A DNA stretch of 64,000 nucleotides from Podarcis pityusensis (Eukaryota). The notes under the pieces were generated by a model. That model did no database searches. It had not been told where the DNA came from and worked only from the letters and a program-made list of their open reading frames with translations. Shown here one piece after another: positions 1 through 13,400 of this stretch. The DNA is taken from the NCBI GenBank assembly GCA_964106645.2, contig OZ067039.1; one strand, given 5' to 3'. A program made the translations under genes and the position numbers. Every line of letters starts with the position of its first letter. The stretch's first letter is position 1.

Positions 1-578
1 ATCTTAGAATTCACTTTAATCCAATGGGCAGTCTCTCAGTGACTTGAATGGTCTCTGGGCCTAAGCTAGTACACCCCTGCCATTGGTAGTAAGTAGATAA
101 AACAATTTTATGTTGAGAAAGTAGATATAACAATTTGTATCTCTCCATGAACATGAAACAAATCTACATGCATAAGGGCAAGTGCATTAGCGTAGTAAAT
201 GCAAGCAAATCCCAGTGATCCCGACTGAAAGCAAAACCTGGATCCATGGAGTCACAGGCAGCATGTTGCTCAAGCCTATCTAATGCTTGGAGAGCACTGG
301 CCAAGGCATGAAACTGAACTTCCATATGCAAATATTATTTAAAATGGCATCTACCTTTTAGGGAGAAACCAGAAGCTTGTGAAGAAAAATCTCAGTAGGG
401 AGGAAGGAAGGAATCCAGAACAGGTTCTCAATTATTAAGGGGACTCTGTTAATTCCCTCAAAGAAGGAAGAGACTTTAAATCAAGGCTAACTTGACAACA
501 ACAACAAGTCCAAAACCAAACAGCTACCATGATGAGAACAGTGGCGATGATGTGATTGTTCACCACAGAGGGAGAGAA

Positions 579-609
579 TGAGAGAAAAAGAGAGAGAGAG
601 AGAGAGAGA
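579..609. repeat. (GA)n microsatellite, (CU)n in the pre-mRNA just downstream of exon 14
   Basis: Read directly. Confidence 0.85.
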
Positions 610-656
610 CAACTATCAGACGAAGTTTGGGGTGTTCATGCCAAGGTCTTACATAC

Positions 657-725
657 CACTGACGAGTCGACAGGCAGCTGAATACAGCTTAACTGCCTAC
701 TCGCTGCTTCCCGTTTGGTGATTTC
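657..725 (-). CDS. CACNA1G: CACNA1G alternatively spliced exon 14 (69 nt, phase 0/0): [28 protein letters not shown] linker
   Basis: Read by hand: ttttacttcag|GAAATC...TCAGTG|gtatgt. The 23 aa closely match my recollection of mammalian Cav3.1 cassette exon 14 ([23 protein letters not shown]). Confidence 0.93.
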
Positions 726-2221
726 CTGAAGTAAAAATGAGGAAGGAGGGTGAGGAAAGGGGCAGGGAAGGAAGGGAAGGCGGGTTTACAGGTTTTACAA
801 ATTTCAACATCAAAATTGAGAGAGTGGATCAAAGGGGGAACGATATCGGTATAAAAAGGATGGAAACAAAAAGGGAAAAGTGAGAGAAAAGGGAAGGCAC
901 CCATTGGGGTCAATTTCGTATCAAGGAGAAGCAGTGGAACAGGTCACACTACACTTGAGTCGTCTGATGCCTTCATATCTGCTCTGTACAAAGGTTAGTT
1001 CAAGCTGTTGAACATCCTTCATGGGGGGGGGGGAATCAGCCTTACCTTCAAATTAAGAGTTCCAAAGAATTCTTCTTTCATTTATTGCTTGTTTGTATAT
1101 AGCACAGTATTAACAGCAATGCATTTTTATATCTGTTTCATAAGATCAAGTGTGTTTCTCAAGCAGAAGCCCCCACCTCCACTCCCCAATGCCACATAGT
1201 AAACCACCTTTAAAGTTTTGATATAGAAAGGGGTATGTGTCTGCTGTTCAAGGGGGAGAAAATATGTTGAACATAATCAGTCTGACTTTGTTGTACAAAC
1301 AGGCAAGGTTTTCATGCAAGTTTCAATTTGTTAGCTAAGGATTTAATTTTCTCTTGCCTGCCATATTTGGTGACAGTACGGTTAATTTCCAGGGTAATGA
1401 TGTCAGTAAGTTAGAACCAATTGAAAGGAAGACTGGTCAAAAATTTGGACCTAAGCAGAATAGTAAAACTTACATATATCAGCTGCTCAATCTAAACTAT
1501 TATCAAACTCACTTGCAGAAAGGATAAGCCAGAAAAGGCTAAAATGTGGGTTGTTTTTTTTAAAGGACAATTTTGTGATAGAACTGTGTTTTAAATATAA
1601 GGCATGGCCAACCCATTCCAAAGGCACTACCAAGAGATGATTGTAAAATAGCTCATAATTTCCCTCCTCCTTCCTCAGGCTCTGTTCCCACACATAGTTT
1701 AGGCATGGTATGACTACTATTATGAATCTTAATTATTTACACACAGCTACCATTCCCTTGCTCATAGGTTGTTTTGTGGAAGGGTACAAGTTCGAAGAAT
1801 AACTGACACAAAAGAGGGATATGAGATGAGCCAGCCACTAAGGATTGCCTGAGACAAGCGCAGAAACTGTAGGTAACATGAAAAGATTACCAATGGAATA
1901 ATATGCTTCATAGATAATATTATCATGAAGTCCCTCAGGAGAGAAGCTTTATCTCCGACAGAAAGCTCTCTCACCAGAAGCCAATGTCCCCCCCCCCCGA
2001 TATATCCCCCAGGGTACAGACCTGACAGCTCAGTCAGTAATTTTTGCATTACCAGCTCTGTCAAACAGAGTCGCACTCCTCTTATTGCACAACTTACAAC
2101 TGCTGCAAATTCAGACACAAAATTCAGACTGAGCATAAATAAATAAATAAGCCACTTGCATGCTGCAGGGAACGTGTTATGTGTGCATCTTGAATGAGGC
2201 ACCAGCGAGGCTTAGGTTTTA

Positions 2222-2262
<41 letters not shown>

Positions 2263-5200
2263 AGAGCAGCCCCGTTCCTTTGTATGTTTGCCTGCTGCTT
2301 AGCAACAAAAGGGTCCTGCACAGCCAGGCACTAAAATTAACAAAGTGTTTCCAGAGTTGAAGAAAGGCACTTGAGGATCACAAAGATAAAACCAACCGCA
2401 ACATCGAGAGAAGTTTTCAGAGAGAAATCTCAAATAAGTGGGTGGGTCGGGGCACTTAAAGGAGCAAAAAGTATTTGAGGTTGTTTTTTAAAAAAAAGAT
2501 TCACGTGACAAGACAGCAATAAACCTTGCTACTTTATTTGAAAGAGGGTTACTTGTATGCAAAGCACGTTGTAAGGAAGGAAAAGCCCGAATGAAACTCA
2601 AAGGCTGTTTGATTTGTTTTTAAATAGAACAAAAATTAAGAAAGAAGGACACATCCTAAATCTGTGTAAACTGTGTAGGAATTCATAGAGTTTTGCTGGC
2701 TCACTTCAGAGGACATTCCGACCACAAAGAAATAGCAAACCTGTTGGTGTTCTATACATGTCCTTTCATGAGTGTAGCCAGTATTTTTATGGGGGGGGGG
2801 GGGGACGACCTCAGATTTGTTTTGATTTTGACTGATTTAGGGGGGCAGTTGCCCCTGGGCTACACTCATGTGTCCTTTAGACATAAGGGTACCATCAGGG
2901 CTTTTTTTCCAGCTGTAATTCACCGGAACTCAGTGGGGCTACCTTTGAAGGTGACCCGGAAACTACAACTAATCCAGAACGCGGCAGCTAGACTGGTGAC
3001 TGGGAGCGGCCGCAGAGACCACATAACACCGGTCTTGAAAGACCTACATTGGCTCCCAGTACGTTTCCGAGCACAATTCAAAGTGTTGGTGCTGACCTTT
3101 AAAGCCCTAAACGGCCTTGGTCCAGTATATCTGAAGGAGCGTCTCCACCCCCATCTTTCTACCCGGACACTGAGGTCCAGCACTGAGGGCCTTCTGGCGG
3201 TTCCCTCACTGCGAGAAGCCAAGTTACAGGGAACCAGGCAGAGGGCCTTCTCGGTAGTGGCGCCTTCCCTGTGGAACACCCTCCCACCAGATGTCAAAGA
3301 GAACAACAACTACCAGGCTTTTAGAAGACATCTGAAGGCAGCCCTGTTTCGGGAAGCTTTTAATGTTTGATGTATTATAGTATTTTAATATTCTTTTGGA
3401 AGCTGCCCAGAGTGGCCGGGGAAGCCCGGCCAGATGGGCGGGGTATAAATAATAAATTATTATTATTATTATTATTATTTTGGCGCCTCTCAGGTGGGTG
3501 CCGTTGCCATTAGAAGAGAACAAAGGAGGTGTTCGTGGTGAGTTCTGGCATCCCTTTTTCTAGAAAATAGCACTGGGCACCATATTAATTTCAGGCCATT
3601 CATACCAAACCAATTCATACCAAACCAAACCAAACCAAAAACTATCAGTAAGGGACATTCTAGGCAGGTAGACTTGACCAGTCTAGGCAGGTAGACTAGG
3701 ACCAACACACTCAAGAGTAAAGAATCCTGGAACCATTTGGGCAAGAGTCAGGAGGTGGTTGTGCATTTACTGCCTGAAGTGTGATATATTTCCCACTCCT
3801 TGAGAAAGAAAGGATTGGCGCAATGACCCCTTCCTAGGTTATCAAAGACGAAAAAAATACTATTACATGGAGACATGGGCATGATACCAAGCAGAAACGA
3901 CATAAATGAAATAAAAGCACTTGGGAAAGATATGATTAAAAACAAATAAACAGCTACTCTAGCTGCATTGCCCTAAGAGGCCCCCATAAATCTTCTCCTT
4001 AAACTGCACTTGAAAGAAAGAAATAAAAAGCATAGCAGTGTTTCTAAATGGGTTTTTATAGTGTGAATGAATATGATGGCAAAAAAGGTGACAGACCTCA
4101 ATGGTTGTTATTCTCCTGTCACACCTATATTATCAACAACACTTTAATTTAGAACCCATGCTACCACTAGACGCTGCTGAACAAAGCCCAAAATTAAAGG
4201 CATGCTTGGGAAGTCATGCAGAATAATGTTGCCTTTCGACCTTCACTATGACAGTTTACTGCTCTGAGACTAGATTTTTGTTCACCATCCCCAGCTGCAG
4301 GGAGAACTGCTTGGGGGCTAGTTTTAAGAGGGCTCAGCTACCTGCCAGTAAAACATGGAGGCCAAACTCTCTTCAAAGATTTGCTTTCCAGCTGTCTGCA
4401 GATGGTGGCAGAGAGGACGTTTAGTTAGCAAAAGATCCAGCTTTTAGCAAATCGGTCCATAGAGATGGGGGTGGGGGGTGCGGAATTGGAACTGAAAATA
4501 TATATGCCAAAGTGTTGCACTTAAGGAGGAAGAAAGACATTCACTAAGGAACAACAGCAAGAAAGGCAGCAATGTCACTCCTCTTCCAACTTTGTCCATG
4601 CTTTTATGAGGTTGCTTTTAATTTGGCTCCTAAATGCAACAAAGCCTGTTTCAAAGGCACTGGCATTGCACTCATTCCATCCAGTAGTTATTGCATAAAT
4701 TCTGCATCTATAATAATGCTGGCTATTTTCAGTTTAGCCTTTGATAGAAGCTAAGGAGTTTGGTTTATACTGTACTGAAGTATTTGTTAAGGAAGGCAAT
4801 GTTAGTGCTACATGTTCCCTTTTGTTCTGTTTGGCAGATCTACTCATAAGATAATGGGGGTTCTAAATCCTCCGTACTACCTAATAGCAAGCATGAGATA
4901 AATAAGTTATTCAAGGCGTTACCTCTGTTTGAAAACCTTCCACCAAGATGGCAACCAACAAGTTAAAGAGAACGTAGTTTCCGAATGTCATGAGGGCAAT
5001 GAAGTAGAGGGCAGCCCAGGAAGAGGTAGAAGCCATGCCGTTGTACAGGACTTTATTCCAGTCTTCCTGAGTCAGTATCTGGATTGGGGGGGGGGGGGAG
5101 GGCACGTTAAGGGAGATAGAAGCACAGATCATTTGCACTCTCTTAAAGTTAGTTTGTCCTGCTCAGTTGAAGTGAAAAAGCATATTTTGTTCTTTGAATA

Positions 5201-8200
5201 AACAATTGTTTCAATTCTTTGCCATTTTAAAGCTTGTCATTCACATCAGCATTTCAGACAACAAAAACCAATCCTGCAAAGACACTGGATTCTAAAAACT
5301 GCATCCGGAAAACCAAAACTTAAGTAGGTTCTGTATTTTATGAGCAGGCATTCCCCACTCCTACTCCCAAAATGCTTATAGATCTCTCCAGGGCTTTTTT
5401 TCCAGCTGGAACTCAGTGGGTGCCATTGCCATTTTAGCCTCTCAGGTGGGCACCATTGACATTATAAGAGAATGAGGGAGGCGTTCATGGTGAGTTCCGG
5501 CACCTCTTTTTCAAGAAAAAAATAGCACATGCTCTCTCTTAGCATTCAGTATGACATTTTGGAGAATCTCAAGCTGTTATCTCTTCAAGGGATAGGTGCT
5601 TGCTTATTCTTTCTGTAAACCAATTTGAATTATTTTTTTAAATCTCTTTGAGATTTGATTACCATCAACCAATATATAAACTCTGTGAAATAAATAAATG
5701 TTAGCCGTAATGGCTGCATTACCTGGAAAACAGTAACGATGGCCCAGAGCAAGGAATCAAAGTTCTTCCTGTCGGGAAGAGTGTCTCCATCTCTCTCCGA
5801 AGCAAATTTACAGCCAAAGAGATGCATCCCAAGAATACTGAATGAAAGGGGGAAATGAGTAAATTAAAGAACAAGGACAAGATGGTATTGAAAGAGAGAC
5901 TCCTCCATCTTAGCAAATAATGTTTGGAGTGAAGTTCCTTACTCCTGCACCCCACCACTCATGGGACAAAGAAAAGAAAAGAAAAGAAAAGAAATGGGAA
6001 TTCAGCTTTTAGTAGGCTACTTTCTCTGAGCTCTGACACCATGCCCTGTGGTGACTAGCAGTTGAAGGCTCATATATGATAAGGCTTCATTTGTTGGAAT
6101 GAAAAAGTTTGAAGACTCTCACATTATGAAGACTGTTGGACTCTTGAGGGTTCACAAACTAAAAACCAAAGTGTTGCTCAGCCTGGGGAGTTTCAGGGTT
6201 AAAGTCATCAGAAGTAGAAGCATACTACACCACTCAGGTGGGGGAAAGAAATAACTATCATTTTCAAAATATGCAGAGTTGTAGCACTGTACATTAAATC
6301 ACTTTCCATCTTAGCAACTTGTACTGTTTTGCCATGGCACATAAATTAATATTGGCCAATTCAACCTCAAAGCACAGACACAACAGGCTTCAAAAGGGAA
6401 TGAAGGGGCTCATTTAAGTACCCACCTGAAGATAAATATGAAAAGCATCAGCAACATGCAGAATGTGGCGACATTGTCCATTGTTTTCATGAGCACCACC
6501 AGCTGGCGCTGGAGAGCAGGCATGAAACGGACCAGTTTCAGGACTCTCATAAGGCGAAAGGTCCGTAGAACAGACAAGCCTCCACCCTGCTGTCCCACTA
6601 TCTCCCAGACACTAAAAAGATAAAAGAATAATGTTAAATGGGTTCTTGTGAGGAAGAAGTACACCCATGCATAGAGTGCATATAGCAAAAGTGGGGAAGG
6701 CCTATAGTACAAACTAGCTAGTAGAGCTCAGTGGTGTGAAACAGGGATGCTCACAGGATGCTGCATACTACATGAGACAAGAACTTCAGGTAACACAGAC
6801 CTACAAGTATCTGCTGCAGAAATATGGAGGCCCAGGGGCAAATGGAGAAACATACATTTTCCTGGGGTTTTTTTTTAATGACTCAGTATTATCACCCACT
6901 GAAAATGTTGTTATAAACTGGGAAGGGGGAGGGGACCTCATATTTTCCTATTGCAAAGTTATCTGTGAAATTTCATTACATCACAAGAATTGTGCTGTTC
7001 TGAGTTTTCTCTCTGGAAAAATCAATTTCTTCTCTTTCTGTAGTATATTCTTCTGTATGTATACTGCTTCCAGATGCAAACAATCTCATTTTGTTTACTA
7101 TAACGTTGATACACGTTTTGAGACTGGGTACATATGCAATTATGATTTGGGGGAAAAAGATTTCATAAATACACCAAATGCTCCTGTTTGGTGTGTTAAC
7201 AGCTAATAAAGTTATATACCCAACACTTTTCATTTTCTTAAACTGTTAATGTTTAAGGTGGACAAAGTTACTGAGTACTGCATATATTTCAGCTTTCCCC
7301 CCAAGACCTTAGGATTTCTGAAAATTTTAAATTTCTAGCCAGAACTTGCATTTGAATTAAAAAGAATTATGCCAGCATACACTCCTAACATATTTTGCAT
7401 GTGCCTGAAAACTGAACAAGCAGCCAGATAGGTATAAGCCCACTTTGAGGATACTTTACTTAATGGATGAGTGGTAAATGTTGAACGATCTCTTCAACTG
7501 GAAAGTTCTGCAGATAGAAATATCTTTTTTTTTGGTCATGCACTTTTTAAAGATAATATGTGCTAAAGGAAACAGGTACATTCTTGGCTGCCATTCCCAG
7601 TGTGTGGCTGCCACAAGGAAGGAAAATAGCATTTAAGTAGCTGCTGTTCAGTGGTTCCCCTATGCAGGAAATTCCCCTGAAGAAGTTATCAAAATGGTGC
7701 TGTTGCACATAATCATGAGAGATGGGAGACAGCGCTGGTTTTTAGGAAGTTTTCACAGCAGTTCTGGAGCACATATTCTAACAGAGAGAGCAAAAGAACC
7801 GAGACCCCCATAAACATTTCAGACATTCCTTACTATTTTCCTGCAGCTTTATTTTAAACAGCCCAGTTGGGAGAAATCACTTTACCTGCTCACATAAAAT
7901 GACAACTCCAGGCCAGTTACCTGATCACTACGATGATCCCATCAAATATATTGTATGGATTTTTGATGTAGCCAAAAGGGCCGTACACGAGCAGTTTCAG
8001 AAGCATTTCTAGGGCAAAGAGACTAGTGAAGACAATATTGCTAATTTCCAGTGCATTGGTGAGTTCTTCAGGCTGGAGAAATGAAGAAAAAGGAGAAACA
8101 AAAAAATATATGTCAAGATAAACAAAATTTGTGCTCTGATAGGCCAGGAGGTTCCAAGAGATGCGAGTAAATGTCAACTCAGTAATTACTGTATTCGTAC

Positions 8201-10371
8201 AAGTCAGCAAGACAATGCTGGTGAATCTCTGGCCTATAAGTTATTTGTTGGCTCCTACAGTGCTTTTTTGTAACTCCCGAAACTGACCCTAGCACACTAT
8301 GAACAGCAGCTATGAGGGGGAATTTGGTATTTGATATCACCCCCGGCTCCCTATCTTCTGGTGACAAGACGAGCAATAAATTAGCAAGAGATTTTAAATT
8401 AGTCTTTATGGCATTATATGTTTCACAGGTAATTAGTACACATTAAATACTGCAAGATAGTTATTAAAAGACGTTGAGATGTGTATCATAATCTCACAAA
8501 TAAAGTAGCACAGGGAGCTCAAGGGCACATTATCCTCGATCCTTATATACACTCACTAATTAAGGAACTTTGGAAAATTAACTGCAACATGAAATCAATA
8601 TTTTAAATAATGAGGAGTGATCTTCAGAACCCTTCTTGTTTTTGAGCATGCAGTTTGAGACTTGGTCTCAAATTCTTAAGCATATACGGTATATACACCG
8701 CTTCAGTTAAATTGGTTCCATGGAAATATGCACTATTAAAGTATCAAAACCGAGATACCTATACCGTAATTTTGAAAACCCAGCAGACAAAAACAGAACA
8801 ATCAGCAACATTTCAAAATGCCTAAAAGGTTTAAAAACAATAACACACACATAGGAGACAAAAGGGTTCTACTTGGTATCTAAAAGAAAATAAAGTTGGC
8901 AACAGGCAAGCCGCTCTGAGGAGCAAATTTCATAGGTGAGGCACTATGGCTGAAAAGGCCACCTCTCTGGTTATCGCCTGCTTAAACTCTTAACAAGGAG
9001 GAAACAAACAGTAGAGGAATATAAGAACAGAAGAAGAGTCCGATTGGATCAGACCAAAGGCCTATCTGGTCCAGTATCCTGCTTCCCACAATGGTCAAAC
9101 AGGAGCCCACCGTAAGGTCACGAGGGCCATGGCACTGCCTCACATTTGCTCCCCAGTCTAATCCTCCATGCATTTACTTAATCCTCTTTTAAAGCCCTAC
9201 CCTTAAAAAAAAAAAAAGCCACCTAAGGGCTGATGCAGACCATGCATTTAAAGCACATGACCACCTTCAAAGAATTCTGGGAACTGTAGTTAAGAGTGAT
9301 GGGGAAATGTAGCCCTGTGAGGAGGAAACTACATGCATAATTGTATACGCTTCTATTTTGTTCCTGATCCCCTTAACTTGCCAATTTTTCTAAATTAAAA
9401 AAAAACCAAAAATAAATGTTGGAACCTTTCCTTGTAACAGTTGCTCCAGCTCTCTAAGCATCTATGCTGCCATTTTCGGCACTTTTCCTGGTTCTACAAT
9501 ATCCTTTTGAAATACAGCAACCAAAACAGTAAGTACACAAAGTATAGTCATGCCATAGTTTTTTTAAATAAATACTTCATGATATTGGCTGTTTTATTTT
9601 TAATCCCTTTTTCTAATAATCCCTAACATGGATGTTGCTGCCTCCCCCCCCCCTTTTTTTTTTACAGCTGCCACACATAGGTCAACTTTTTCATAATGTT
9701 ATTCACCACGTCCCAAGATCTCTTTCCCGGTCAGTCAAACCAGCTCAGACCCAATCAGTTTATATTTTATGCTCAAATGTTCATCACTTTTCATTTAACT
9801 TAATGCGCCGGGCAGCACTGGACATGCTACGCCCCTGACAGAAACAACTGCCTTGGGCACTTGCTATGTCCCCCTACCCAGCCGCTCACTATGCACATCC
9901 TCAGCTTTGTTCCCTAGTCTTTGGGAAAACTATAGTCATGAGCATGTTCTGATCCTCTCACCAATGTTACATGTGCACCTTTTACAATTAAGATGGCTCA
10001 AGAAAACACCACTGCCAAAAATCAATCTTTTTTTTTTGGTTTCATGATTTTCCTGCAAGAAATGCAAGCTATAATTTAGAAACAGACCCTTAACCAACTC
10101 TCTGTGTAATTCCCTGGGTTTTTTTTGGTTTATGTTTTTATTAAAGGACTTTTCATGAGTTGCAAAAGTACATTCGGCGCCTCTGTTTTCAAATCGTACT
10201 CTTTTCTTCACTGAGAGTGGGGAGGAAGAAGCAAGGTGGGCCTAATTAATACGTTGGTTTACTTTTTCGCACGTGTCTTTAAAACATGTAAGATATTAAA
10301 CACATTTTTCATCTAAAGCAAATAAACCTTGACACACACATATCCACTTAATGTATACTACATACACACAC

Positions 10372-10409
<38 letters not shown>

Positions 10410-13400
10410 TCTCATGTGGTAGGGGAGCTGCCCTATAAAGCAGTTTCAAATTGCCTTATTAAAACATGTGCTTTGAATGGAAAAATATCTTATTTACAAT
10501 CTCAATGGCACTGAGGGAGTTGGCATATAGTTATTTTCATCCTGGAGGCCATATTATTTGAGAAGCAAATACTGAAGGCTCTCACAGTAGAAATACTAAT
10601 CTTCTCTTTAATCTAGTATCCCACACTAATTTTTCATGCAGTTTTCTTCTTGAAATGTCACCCAGTGCAGCACTTGCAGCTCTGTATTTCCTACCAGAAA
10701 ATGATATATTAGAACTGTCTGAGCTTAATTCACAGTCTGTGAAAGAAAAAGACCCCTTCATTACTGTCAGTTGAAACAAACTAAGAATTTATGGTTAAAT
10801 TGATTCTAATAATGATATGGCTTCCATATCCATATCCGATTGTAATTCTATTTTGCTCCAGTTGAAAAAAACAAAGTACTCAAACTGCCCCAGTAGTAAG
10901 TAGTTACTTACTACTTACTGTAGTAAGTAACTACAGTACTGTACCTTTAATAGCAGGGCATGTTTTGCAGAAATGTATTTTGTAGAAGGATAGAGTTATC
11001 TAACCAGAGCAGAAATGCTGTTAACAGAATATTTTTTTAAAAGACAGCCTTTTCTAACTAGTCATATTATGAAGACTTTCAGGAGTTCCCCTCTTTTTTC
11101 TTAGCAAAATGGCTTGTAAAATGTTGCTTTTTCTTTACTATTCAGTCTTCACTGCAATACATGTTCAGTACAATATATGCAGAGTAAAGATCACAACAGT
11201 AAACTGCTCCATTAAGAGGCCACAAAGAGGGCGTATAACTAACAAGAAAATTAAAAACAAGTTTTTTCAAGCAGAAACAATGCAGCTTCAAAGACAGGAT
11301 CAAAGCAAAGCACAGTTTTGGTATGGCAAACCAGAAGGGCCAATATACTACAGATAGTATGCAGCTATGCCTGAAAATCAATTCTGCATCAGAATCACAG
11401 CTGGACTTCTACGATCATAGCAGGGAGGCAGCTGGTGCTCGCTAGACCTGATGAGGCTGCTAGGGTCACATCAGATGGTCATACCCACCAACATTTCCCC
11501 GATGAAAATAGGGACGTCCTAAGGAAAAGCTGGACATTCCGGGATAAAATCAGAAACCGGGATGGCTTCTGTAAATCTGGGACGGTCTCTGGGAAATAGG
11601 AACATTTGGAGGGTCTGTGAGGTCACAAGTACATGGCAAAGTTATGCCCCCCCCATCCTTCTCCCTTGCAAACATAAAGTAGATACTTAAGCAAGGCAAT
11701 TTCACAAACAGCACATAACTAAATGAACGTGTGTTTTACTTTGGTTCAGAAGGTGTCCCTGCTGTCACAGTTCCTTCTCTGGGATGGGAGAAATGTTGTG
11801 TGGCCTCCACCTCACTCTGAAGAAGAACCTTACATTGCGACTTAGGTTCTTTGCAGAGTTTGGCTCTGTGGACAGGCCCCAAAGAACACATGAAATTGTA
11901 TACTGGTTTGCTGCTGTACTGTCAAATTTTGATTCAAGTCAAACATTGGTAAACTGTTAAACTATAAAATTTTAAATTTGCCCATTCACAAATTTTGCCA
12001 GGGGTGGCAAAGTGACAGCAGCACAGGTGCTCTTCAGAGCCACCTTGTCCACCTACCTCACTCTGAGGAAGGATCCTGCACAGTGCTCTGTTGATGCAGC
12101 AAAGGCACTCCTAAAGTGGCAGGGCATGTTGAATTTTCCAACTTTCCAACTCCAAAAATGAGGGATGCTAAAAAGTTTTAAGATAACTTGAGAATCCAAT
12201 ATATGTTTGGGTTAATTTAATACAATTTAATGTTGCTTGGTAAATAAGTACTTAAAAATATTGATGTTTTAACATTTTTGTGGAATTTCTAATAATTTTA
12301 AACTTGTCTGATTATTTTTTTGTGGGGGGAAATGTGTGCAAAATTACATCAAAATCGTCAGAAATGATAGGACATCAGATCGGCTTGCCAGATTTGGAAG
12401 TGGCAGGAAGATAAGAAAAGAAGGCTTGCTGAATATAAGCAGAGAAGTAAGCAGGATGCTTGATTATAATCAAATGAAATAAATCTTTTGTGATGATGAA
12501 AATGAAGAGCAAATAGCTGATGCTCAAAATGGAAATGATGGAAGTTAACAAATTGACTTTAGGAAAACAAAGTACGCCTTCTACTTCTAATAAAAAAGCA
12601 GAATACAGCACATTAAAAATACATAATGTTGCTATGTAGAACCTCAAATACGGTATGTTCACCTGCATACCACAGCTGCCATCACCACTGCTGCCTTTAT
12701 AGACCCCTATCTGAAGAAATTTGCCAAAACTAAGCTTCACTCCCTAAAATAATATGCCCTACACGACAGGCCAGGGTGTGGGTGTGGGTGTAGTTGAATT
12801 GCCCCTCCTGATGTGCCACCTCAGACAATTGGCTCACTTTGGCTCATATAAGGGCTATATTTGGAGAGGAAACAAAAACCACTAAACCCAAGGATGTCCT
12901 TCCAACTCTATGTTCTCCTTTCAGTCACTTGATACCTAGGATTCCTGTGGAGTTTTCTCTTACCCCAAAGCAGATAAAGTCTTCTCAAAAGTCTTGCTCC
13001 CTTATAATGATGTAGAGCCTCAAAAATGGAAACTTTCCCTCAATCTGAAAGTAAAATTAAGGTCACTTCTAGCTGTCAGGGTATGCATTCAGAACATGGT
13101 GAAAGAAAAGTAATCTCATCCTCAAAAATAATCTATGGTAATTTGAACTTTACAAGCAGATGTCTAACCTCAATTACTCCATGCACAGCTTTGTCCATCT
13201 CAAATAAATGTTATATGACAGTGTTCAACAACTTTGTCTCTGTNNNNNNNNNNNNNNNNNNNNNNNNNNNNNNNNNNNNNNNNNNNNNNNNNNNNNNNNN
13301 NNNNNNNNNNNNNNNNNNNNNNNNNNNNNNNNNNNNNNNNNNNNNNNNNNNNNNNNNNNNNNNNNNNNNNNNNNNNNNNNNNNNNNNNNNNNNNNNNNNN

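Noticed and set aside
2693-3370. 225-aa plus-strand ORF as a nested gene
   Set aside because: Chance fusion of unique sequence, a MITE end and the L2 ORF2 C-terminus; no RT core and no ATG start
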